Positions 48,597 to 54,621 of a stretch of DNA of 64,000 nt are shown piece after piece; within the stretch, counting starts at the first letter, position 1; every line of letters begins with the position of its first letter. Location: assembly GCA_964604875.1 (NCBI GenBank), contig CAZSAC010000001.1, positions 30,730 through 94,729 of the forward strand, given 5' to 3'. This DNA comes from an uncultured Bacteroidaceae bacterium. GTDB taxonomy: Bacteria > Bacillota > Clostridia > Christensenellales > CAG-917. The notes beneath the pieces were generated by a model that saw nothing but the letters and a program-made list of their open reading frames with translations, did not search any database and was not told the DNA's origin. The translations under genes were made by a program, and so were the position numbers.

Positions 48597-49826
48597 TTAT
48601 TTAATTCTATCGCCGTATTTTTCCAAAACATAGTCTACGTCCTTGTCGCCCCTGCCTGAAAGATTGACCAAAATTGAGCCTGTGCCCATTTCTTTGGCAA
48701 GCTTCATCGCATATGCGACAGCGTGCGAGCTTTCCAACGCGGGGATAATACCCTCTAACCTAGACAGTTTAAAAAATGCGTCAACAGCCTCTTCATCGGT
48801 TGCCGTTCTATATTCCACACGCCCGACATCGCGTAAAAAAGCGTGTTCGGGACCCGACGACGGATAATCCAATCCGCTTGCGATTGAATACACGGGGGCA
48901 GCCTCGCCCTTATTATCCTTAAGCATTATACTGTTAAATCCGTGCATAATTCCTTCAGTACCGTATGTCAGGCTTGCGGCGTGGTCACCAATTTTTTCGC
49001 CTCTGCCCAGAGGCTCAATACCACAAAGCTTTACGGGGTCGTTTAAAAAAGCTTCAAACATACCGATAGAATTACTGCCACCGCCTACACAAGCGCAAAC
49101 AACGTCGGGAAGCTCTCCCGTCATTTGCAAAAACTGCTCACGAGCTTCAATGCCAACAACCATTTGGAAATCTCTTACCATAAGCGGAAACGGATGAGGT
49201 CCAAGGGCTGAACCGATGCAGTAAATACTATCCTTGTATTCCTTCAAATATGCGTCGAAAGCGGCGTCAACGGCTTCTTTCAACGTTTTTAAACCGTGCG
49301 TCACGGGAATAACTCTTGCGCCCAAAATTTTCATTCTGGCAACGTTTGGAGCTTGCTTTGATATATCGACTTCACCCATATAGATGTCACATTCCAACCC
49401 AAAATACGCAGCAGCCGTCGCCAACGCAACGCCGTGTTGCCCCGCGCCGGTTTCGGCGATAAGTTTTTTCTTTCCCATATAGTTTGCAAGCAAGCCTTCG
49501 CCCATACAATGGTTTAGCTTGTGAGCGCCCGTGTGGTTTAAATCTTCACGTTTAATATATATTTGACAACCGCCAATGCTTCTAGACAGTCTTTCACAAT
49601 GATAAACGGGCGTGGGACGGCCCTGAAACTCTTTTCTGATGCGTCTGAGTTCGCTTATAAATTTTGCCGATTTGCAAATAGTTTGATATGCTTGCGAAAT
49701 TTCTCGAAAAGCAGGAACAAGCTGTTCTGGTAAATATGCGCCACCGTATTGTCCGAAATACCCGTTTTTATCGGGATAGTTTTTTAAATATGTTTGAAAA
49801 TTTACTTCATTATTGTTTGTATTCAT
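48597..49826 (-). CDS. trpB: Tryptophan synthase beta chain (orphan; no trpA or other trp genes nearby)
   Basis: 409 aa; [16 protein letters not shown]-lysine block [20 protein letters not shown]. Confidence 0.87.
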   Translation of the reverse strand: MNTNNNEVNFQTYLKNYPDKNGYFGQYGGAYLPEQLVPAFREISQAYQTICKSAKFISELRRIRKEFQGRPTPVYHCERLSRSIGGCQIYIKREDLNHTGAHKLNHCMGEGLLANYMGKKKLIAETGAGQHGVALATAAAYFGLECDIYMGEVDISKQAPNVARMKILGARVIPVTHGLKTLKEAVDAAFDAYLKEYKDSIYCIGSALGPHPFPLMVRDFQMVVGIEAREQFLQMTGELPDVVCACVGGGSNSIGMFEAFLNDPVKLCGIEPLGRGEKIGDHAASLTYGTEGIMHGFNSIMLKDNKGEAAPVYSIASGLDYPSSGPEHAFLRDVGRVEYRTATDEEAVDAFFKLSRLEGIIPALESSHAVAYAMKLAKEMGTGSILVNLSGRGDKDVDYVLEKYGDRIK

Positions 49827-49871
49827 TTAATTTCTCCTAAATTTTATAGATTTGATTTTACTTTTTGGCAT

Positions 49872-49897
49872 AAAAAAACAGCAATATGCTATTGCCA
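49872..49897 (-). terminator. Weak hairpin plus U7 in the trpB leader, a possible attenuator
   Basis: Minus strand GGCAAUA-GCA-UAUUGCUG followed by UUUUUUU, ~45 nt upstream of the trpB ATG. Confidence 0.35.
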
Positions 49898-49948
49898 TCG
49901 AAAATCCAAAAAAATATAAGGAAAATACAACCGCTCTATTGCGGAAAC

Positions 49949-49998
49949 CTCAACTAAACTAAACATAACTCACCTATACTAAACTAATTTAAACCCTA
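49949..49998 (-). promoter_or_regulatory. Run of (U/G)AG triplets with 5-nt periodicity, a TRAP-binding-site-like element in the trpB leader
   Basis: Minus strand UAG-9nt-UAGuuUAGuaUAGguGAGuuAUGuuUAGuuUAGuuGAG; eight triplets in perfect 5-nt register (7 canonical). Confidence 0.4.
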
Positions 49999-50013
49999 AA
50001 GTTGGTTTAATTT

Positions 50014-50043
50014 ATATTAGCATATTATGTTTTGCGATGTCAA
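50014..50043 (-). promoter_or_regulatory. Candidate sigma-A promoter for trpB
   Basis: Minus strand TTGACA-18 nt-TAATAT; would give a ~180-nt leader. Confidence 0.45.
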
Positions 50044-50057
50044 TTGTTTTATATTGA

Positions 50058-50088
50058 CAAAAAAGAAAACCAACCGAAGTTGGCTTCT
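50058..50088 (-). terminator. Rho-independent terminator after the 137-aa hypothetical gene
   Basis: Minus strand gaagccaac-uucg-guugguuuuc followed by uuuuuu. Confidence 0.75.
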
Positions 50089-50092
50089 CATT

Positions 50093-50506
50093 TTACAAGT
50101 ATTGTCTTAATTCTTTAATATTGCAGTCATAAAGTTCAATCAAATCACCCACCAGTGGCGGAGTTTCGATACCATCATTATTGGCTTCGTGCGTTTGAGA
50201 AATAATTTCATTTATACCAAGATTGTTTCCTTCAATAAGCATTTGGGCAATATTTTTATTTGATTTATCCATACAAGCCTTCATTTTGGTTGCCGAACGC
50301 ACCATCATATTTTGAAAGAATTCTCCCTTAACCTCATCGCTTAAGTCGCCTTCACAAACCGCTCTATCTTTTATTTCTGCAAGTTTTTCTCTTTGATTGA
50401 CAACGATATTTCTAAACTCATCGTCTTTAACACATGTTTTTATGCTGTCAATCGCCTCAATACCCATATTGGCATTTTTTGCTACTTCCATAATTAAATC
50501 ACTCAT
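50093..50506 (-). CDS. Hypothetical helical protein
   Basis: Start set at the ATG preceded by ggagga (MSDLIMEV...); 137 aa, predicted all-helical, no motif recognised. Confidence 0.5.
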   Translation of the reverse strand: MSDLIMEVAKNANMGIEAIDSIKTCVKDDEFRNIVVNQREKLAEIKDRAVCEGDLSDEVKGEFFQNMMVRSATKMKACMDKSNKNIAQMLIEGNNLGINEIISQTHEANNDGIETPPLVGDLIELYDCNIKELRQYL

Positions 50507-50551
50507 ACCAAATCCTCCAGACTTAGTATGAGTCATATTTTTTTATAAATA

Positions 50552-50578
50552 CAAAAAGACGCCAAAATTGGCGTCTTT
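50552..50578 (-). terminator. Rho-independent terminator after the M28 peptidase gene
   Basis: aagacgcc-aaaatt-ggcgtctt flanked by A/T runs. Confidence 0.8.
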
Positions 50579-50593
50579 TTAAACAATTTTAGT

Positions 50594-51835
50594 TTATTTT
50601 CCAAACTTTTTATCAAAGTTTTCCAAACATTTAACGCTTACGGCGTAACAATTTGCCAAGCCTTCTTTGTTTAAGTTATCATATGTATCGTAAATTGTGT
50701 GATAATAATTTTCCAATTTATGATTCATTGCGGTGATACCTGTCGCCTTAAAGCCTGCTTGCGCGAATGCAGCGCTGTCTGTCGCTCCGCCCATAGGAGG
50801 AACCATACCCGTTGCGCAGAAAACATTAAGTTCTTTAGCAGCTTCAACGAAAGAATCCGAAACGTCTTTATCGGCGGCAACAGTTGCGTTAAGGTCACGG
50901 TAGTTTACCATCAAAAACTTTCCATCGTGAATGGTATCGTATGAATATATCCAAGTGGGAACGTCGTCAAACTCGCCCTTATGAGCCTCGCACCACGCCT
51001 TTGCGCCACGCAAGCCGGCTTCTTCAGAGCCACTTAGGATAACGCCGACTTCGGTATGTTCTAATTCAATACCGGCGTCTTTCATCGCTTTCAAAAGAGC
51101 TATGCCCATATAGCAACCTGTTAAGTTGTCATTTGCGCCGTCAACAACAGTTTTTTCGTCCCACAAGAAGTAAAGAACGATGAAGAATGGTACGAAAGCA
51201 AGGGTTCCAATACAAAGCCAGAAAGTCAAACCGTCGGCAGGTGTCAACATATATGGAGCAACGCCGTTTTTTACGGTAACAACTATGCACATAGCCAAAA
51301 GATACAACACTCCAACAAAGCTGAATATGTATTGAGAAATATGAATAACACCACCAAATTTCTCATTAATAGGCCAATTATACGCAGCGTCCGGGTGACC
51401 GTTAAAGAAAACTCTGCCCTTTACTTCACCGGTACACTTTTTGATTGCCGTAACGTTGTGGCCTGTTTTTTCTGGGAATAGTTTATCAATAAATTTTATG
51501 TATAAACCAAATTGTAAAAACATCACTACTAAGCCGATTACGATAAGCACTATACTGACAACCGGCATAAAAAACATACAAACTAAACCAACCAAAGCAA
51601 GCGTAATTGTGATGTAAATCCACCCCATAAATGAACCGGGATTTTCCTTAAACGATTCCAAATCGGCTCGTTCACAACCGCAGTCATTTTTCAATACGTC
51701 CGCCATATATTGGCAGGCAACCTTTTCGCCCTCGCTACCGGGGTCACGTTTAGGCATATCTTTACAAATATGAGTGATTTCATCAATCATATATTGCGCG
51801 GATTCCGCCTTTTTTTCAATAAGCTTGTTAAACAT
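50594..51835 (-). CDS. Membrane-embedded M28-family metallopeptidase
   Basis: 413 aa; internal TM helices; GANDNLTG and SGSEEAGLRGA zinc-ligand blocks. Confidence 0.72.
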   Translation of the reverse strand: MFNKLIEKKAESAQYMIDEITHICKDMPKRDPGSEGEKVACQYMADVLKNDCGCERADLESFKENPGSFMGWIYITITLALVGLVCMFFMPVVSIVLIVIGLVVMFLQFGLYIKFIDKLFPEKTGHNVTAIKKCTGEVKGRVFFNGHPDAAYNWPINEKFGGVIHISQYIFSFVGVLYLLAMCIVVTVKNGVAPYMLTPADGLTFWLCIGTLAFVPFFIVLYFLWDEKTVVDGANDNLTGCYMGIALLKAMKDAGIELEHTEVGVILSGSEEAGLRGAKAWCEAHKGEFDDVPTWIYSYDTIHDGKFLMVNYRDLNATVAADKDVSDSFVEAAKELNVFCATGMVPPMGGATDSAAFAQAGFKATGITAMNHKLENYYHTIYDTYDNLNKEGLANCYAVSVKCLENFDKKFGK

Positions 51836-51994
51836 ATCTTCCTCCTTACACCTAAATTATAATTTAGTTTATCAAACAACCCAAATTTTTACAACTGATT
51901 TTTGATTTTTAAAAATAAATTTATATATTATAGTATTTTTGATAGAAAATTAATCCAAAAAAACAACTATAAACAGCAAAAAAATATATTTTAG

Positions 51995-52029
51995 AAAAAA
52001 ACAAAAAGAGCAAGCAAAAAGCTTACTCT
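51995..52029 (-). terminator. Terminator of the 10-tRNA operon
   Basis: Minus strand agaguaagc-uuuuu-gcuugcucu followed by uuuuuguuuuuuu. Confidence 0.7.
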
Positions 52030-52034
52030 TTATG

Positions 52035-52121
52035 TGGTGCCGAAAACCGGACTCGAACCGGTACGGCTGTTACACCGAGGGATTTTAAGTCCCTTGCGTC
52101 TGCCTATTCCGCCACTTCGGC
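52035..52121 (-). tRNA. tRNA-Leu (anticodon UAA), long variable arm, CCA encoded
   Basis: Acceptor GCCGAAG/UUUCGGC; anticodon loop cuUAAaa; T-loop gguucgagucc. Confidence 0.9.
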
Positions 52122-52125
52122 AAAT

Positions 52126-52199
52126 TGGAGGCACCACCCAGACTTGAACTGGGGATAAAGGCTTTGCAGGCCTCTGCCTTACCACTTGGCTATGGTGCC
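52126..52199 (-). tRNA. tRNA-Cys (anticodon GCA), CCA encoded
   Basis: Acceptor GGCACCA/UGGUGCC; anticodon loop cuGCAaa; T-loop aguucaagucu. Confidence 0.9.
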
Positions 52200-52205
52200 A
52201 AAACT

Positions 52206-52280
52206 TGGAGCGGGAGACGGGATTCGGACCCGCGACTTCCACCTTGGCAAGGTGGCATTCTACCACTGAATCACTCCCGC
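52206..52280 (-). tRNA. tRNA-Gly (anticodon GCC), CCA encoded
   Basis: Acceptor GCGGGAG/CUCCCGC; anticodon loop uuGCCaa. Confidence 0.9.
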
Positions 52281-52333
52281 ATATTATATGCTTTGGCAAC
52301 AAAAACGCTACATTTATTAAGTTTTAAATTTCC

Positions 52334-52504
52334 GCGCGCCTACCCTCGCTTTGCGCTCGGACTCAACTTGCTCACTGCTAGGCTTGCTGTCTGTGTTTGT
52401 CTTTTGCGCGCCTACCCTCGCTTTGCGCTCGGACTCAACTTGCTCACTGCTAGGCTTGGCTTATAACTCTGTCTTTCACGCGCCTACCCTCGCTTTGCGC
52501 TCGG
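52334..52504. repeat. GC-rich tandem direct repeat, 72-bp period, about 2.4 copies, inside the tRNA operon spacer
   Basis: gcgcgcctaccctcgctttgcgctcggactcaacttgctcactgctaggcttg is identical at 52334 and 52406; the first 26 nt recur at 52479; each unit is bounded by the self-complementary GCGCGC. Confidence 0.9.
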
Positions 52505-52525
52505 GGCGGCTTTCCTGCGCTCGTT

Positions 52526-52637
52526 TATGCCCTCAAGTCGTTCCGCCTTTTGAACATAAATTTTTGCATTACTGCAAGCAGTATGCAAGCAATTTATGTT
52601 TTCCCTCAAAGTCAACTTTGCTGACTTTGAGGGCATA
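52526..52637 (-). other. Three related segments allowing mutually exclusive helices (12-bp local hairpin versus ~100-nt long-range pairing)
   Basis: ttatgccctcaa(g)tc at 52526, ccctcaaagtca at 52604, inverted copy tgactttgagggcataa at 52621. Confidence 0.6.
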
Positions 52638-52644
52638 ACTCGCT

Positions 52645-52720
52645 TGGTGCGCCTTCAGGGATTCGAACCCGGGACCCACTGATTAAGAGTCAGTTGCTCT
52701 ACCAACTGAGCTAAAGGCGC
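52645..52720 (-). tRNA. tRNA-Lys (anticodon CUU), CCA encoded
   Basis: Acceptor GCGCCUU/AAGGCGC; anticodon loop cuCUUaa. Confidence 0.9.
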
Positions 52721-52727
52721 ATAAATT

Positions 52728-52769
52728 TTCAAGGTGCGGAAAAAAAATTTTTTCTGTCGCACCTTGAAA
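52728..52769 (-). other. Long near-perfect hairpin between two tRNA genes
   Basis: ttcaaggtgcg...cgcaccttgaa outer stem, with an inner A-run/T-run extension. Confidence 0.7.
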
Positions 52770-52772
52770 TGT

Positions 52773-52856
52773 TGGTGCGACCGAAAGGACTTGAACCTTC
52801 ACATCATGGATACTAGATCCTAAGTCTAGCGCGTCTGCCAATTCCGCCACGGTCGC
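52773..52856 (-). tRNA. tRNA-Leu (anticodon UAG), long variable arm, CCA encoded
   Basis: Acceptor GCGACCG/CGGUCGC; anticodon loop cuUAGga. Confidence 0.9.
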
Positions 52857-52872
52857 AGATTTAAATTAAGTT

Positions 52873-52948
52873 TGGTGACCCATCCGCGACTCGAACGCGG
52901 GACACCTTGATTAAAAGTCAAGTGCTCTACCGACTGAGCTAATGGGTC
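52873..52948 (-). tRNA. tRNA-Lys (anticodon UUU), CCA encoded
   Basis: Acceptor GACCCAU/AUGGGUC; anticodon loop cuUUUaa. Confidence 0.9.
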
Positions 52949-52952
52949 ATAA

Positions 52953-53027
52953 TGGCAGGGGTGGCAAGATTTGAACTTACGAATGCTAGAGTCAAAGTCT
53001 AGTGCCTTACCGCTTGGCGACACCCCT
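52953..53027 (-). tRNA. tRNA-Gln (anticodon UUG), CCA encoded
   Basis: Acceptor AGGGGUG/CACCCCU; anticodon loop cuUUGac. Confidence 0.88.
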
Positions 53028-53061
53028 AAAAACTGTCCTACCAACGCACGCAATATGGATG

Positions 53062-53139
53062 TGGGGTGAGTAATGGGATTCGAACCCATGGCCTCCAGGG
53101 CCACAACCTGGCGCTCTAACCAGCTGAGCTATACCCACC
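53062..53139 (-). tRNA. tRNA-His (anticodon GUG) with encoded G-1, CCA encoded
   Basis: Extra 5' G opposite the discriminator C; anticodon loop uuGUGgc. Confidence 0.88.
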
Positions 53140-53142
53140 ATA

Positions 53143-53219
53143 TGGCGAGCCAGAAGGGATTCGAACCCCTGACCTACGGCTTAGAAGGCCGTTGCTCTAT
53201 CCTACTGAGCTACTGGCCC
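53143..53219 (-). tRNA. tRNA-Arg (anticodon UCU), CCA encoded
   Basis: Acceptor GGGCCAG/CUGGCUC; anticodon loop cuUCUaa. Confidence 0.9.
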
Positions 53220-53248
53220 TCATTGCGCATTGTAGGATTTGGCGTTAA

Positions 53249-53322
53249 TGGAGCGGGTGATGGGAATCGGACCCACGCGGTCAGCTTGGAAGGCTGATAT
53301 TCTACCATTGAACTACACCCGC
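53249..53322 (-). tRNA. tRNA-Gly (anticodon UCC), CCA encoded
   Basis: Acceptor GCGGGUG/CACCCGC; anticodon loop cuUCCaa. Confidence 0.9.
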
Positions 53323-53342
53323 ATAAGTCACAACGCTTTGAA

Positions 53343-53371
53343 ATTATATAATACAGAGAAAATTATGTCAA
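53343..53371 (-). promoter_or_regulatory. Consensus sigma-A promoter of the tRNA operon
   Basis: Minus strand TTGACA-17 nt-TATAAT (both hexamers perfect), ~20 nt upstream of tRNA-Gly(UCC). Confidence 0.75.
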
Positions 53372-53377
53372 CGATTT

Positions 53378-53842
53378 TCAGCCCATTTTGACAAATTTAG
53401 CAAAAATATTTTTACCATTTACTATAATATATGTATATCCTATATCATTAACGGGCGAATTAGCTGTAGAGCCGATGTTTATTAGTCTAATGCCATCGCA
53501 GACGTCGTCGTAAAACATATGCGAATGACCATATACAATACAGTCTACGCCTTTTTCAAGCGCGCCGTAAACTAAATCTAAATTGCTTGAGTATAAGTGT
53601 CCGTGCGTGATTAAAATTTTTACATTTTCAACCTGAATTATTTCTTCTTCGGCATAATTCATTCTGCCGTCGCAATTACCTCTAACTGCGTGCAGCTTAT
53701 CTTTTGGTATCCTATCGTTTGACAAGACGCTTGCCAAACCATCGCCCGTATAGAAAATTAAATCCGACTCACTCATGCGGGAAATGAACGTATCATTTAT
53801 TTCCGCGCCGTGTGAGTCGGAAAAAGCAAAAATCGTAACCAT
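53378..53842 (-). CDS. YfcE/MJ0936-family metallophosphoesterase
   Basis: 154 aa; FSDSHG, GDG, GNCD, HGH, GHSH metal-ligand blocks. Confidence 0.78.
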   Translation of the reverse strand: MVTIFAFSDSHGAEINDTFISRMSESDLIFYTGDGLASVLSNDRIPKDKLHAVRGNCDGRMNYAEEEIIQVENVKILITHGHLYSSNLDLVYGALEKGVDCIVYGHSHMFYDDVCDGIRLINIGSTANSPVNDIGYTYIIVNGKNIFAKFVKMG

Positions 53843-53853
53843 CTACAAGTTTT

Positions 53854-54429
53854 CTACCTTAATTTACTGAATAAATCCTCTACCGCTCTAGTCCTATGAC
53901 TTACCGATTGTTTTTCGATGTTGCTTGCTTCGCCGAATGTTTTTCCAAGCTCGTCAACAAAAAATACGCTGTCATAGCCAAATCCGTTAAAGCCGCGTCT
54001 GGAACGGGTAATCTTTCCGTGGACTGTGCCCTCTCCAAAAATATAGTGCCCGTCGGGATAGAACATAACCAGTACCGACATCATATACGCGCTTCTGTCT
54101 GAAAAATTTTCCATACGTTTAAGCAACAGCTGAATGTTTGCAATATCATTGTGGATTTCGCCTGCATAACGCGCGGAAAGCACGCCCGGTTCACCATTTA
54201 AAGCGTTAACAACCAATCCGCTGTCGTCGCCAATTACAGGGATATCAACAACTTTGGCAACAGCTTGCGCCTTAACCAAGGCATTTTGGAAGAAAGTAAT
54301 GCCTTTTTCTTGAACGGTAATTTTAAGACCATAATCGGCTAAAGTAAAGACCTTATGCCCCATAGGCTCTAAAATGTTTCTTAATTCATTTATCTTATGA
54401 TCATTCGTTGTCGAAAGTAAAATTTCCAT
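53854..54429 (-). CDS. rdgB: dITP/XTP pyrophosphatase (RdgB/HAM1 family)
   Basis: 191 aa; TTNDHKINE, GDDSGL, FGYDSVF, SHR motifs. Confidence 0.9.
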   Translation of the reverse strand: MEILLSTTNDHKINELRNILEPMGHKVFTLADYGLKITVQEKGITFFQNALVKAQAVAKVVDIPVIGDDSGLVVNALNGEPGVLSARYAGEIHNDIANIQLLLKRMENFSDRSAYMMSVLVMFYPDGHYIFGEGTVHGKITRSRRGFNGFGYDSVFFVDELGKTFGEASNIEKQSVSHRTRAVEDLFSKLR

Positions 54430-54461
54430 ACTTTTCCCTCCATATTTTAACCCTTACTATA

Positions 54462-54489
54462 ATTCTATGTTAAAAAATTAATTTGTCAA
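54462..54489 (-). promoter_or_regulatory. Candidate sigma-A promoter for rdgB-phosphoesterase
   Basis: Minus strand TTGACA-16 nt-TAGAAT. Confidence 0.5.
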
Positions 54490-54518
54490 TAGAACTTTAG
54501 CAAAAAACCTCCATTCCT

Positions 54519-54569
54519 TTGTCGAAAAATGGAAATTAATGGTAATTTTTTATTCTAATTGTCGAAAAA
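54519..54569 (+). promoter_or_regulatory. Two identical 11-mers ttgtcgaaaaa, 40 bp apart, each containing the Spo0A-box heptamer TGTCGAA
   Basis: Exact copies at 54519-54529 and 54559-54569, just upstream of the rdgB promoter candidate and downstream of the spoIVA terminator. Confidence 0.25.
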
Positions 54570-54584
54570 ACAAAATTTTTACTA

Positions 54585-54613
54585 TATGCGCCGCCCAAAA
54601 TAGGCGGCGCATA
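54585..54613 (-). terminator. GC-rich hairpin after spoIVA (U-tract weak)
   Basis: tatgcgccgcc-loop-ggcggcgcata 9 nt past the spoIVA stop. Confidence 0.5.
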
Positions 54614-54621
54614 AGTTTTAT

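Noticed and set aside
49827-50043. T-box riboswitch upstream of trpB
   Set aside because: I could not find the conserved T-box sequence (AGGGUGGNACCGCG-like) or a specifier-loop/stem I architecture. The (U/G)AG periodicity fits a TRAP-type site better.
52334-52504. CRISPR array interpretation of the tRNA-spacer repeats
   Set aside because: Only ~2.4 copies are present. The 'spacers' share their first 27 nt, so the true unit is a 72-bp tandem duplication. No cas genes or leader are present.
52030-53297. ORFs 52030-52302, 52125-52466, 52351-52638, 52826-53104 and 53073-53297 as proteins
   Set aside because: They are read-throughs across tRNA genes and the GC-rich repeat. The repeated peptide RAYPRFALGLNLLTARL simply mirrors the DNA repeat.
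51836-53377. Integrated mobile element or integrase next to the tRNA cluster
   Set aside because: The flanks are ordinary housekeeping genes (M28 peptidase, phosphoesterase). No integrase, transposase or att-like duplication of a complete tRNA 3' end was seen.
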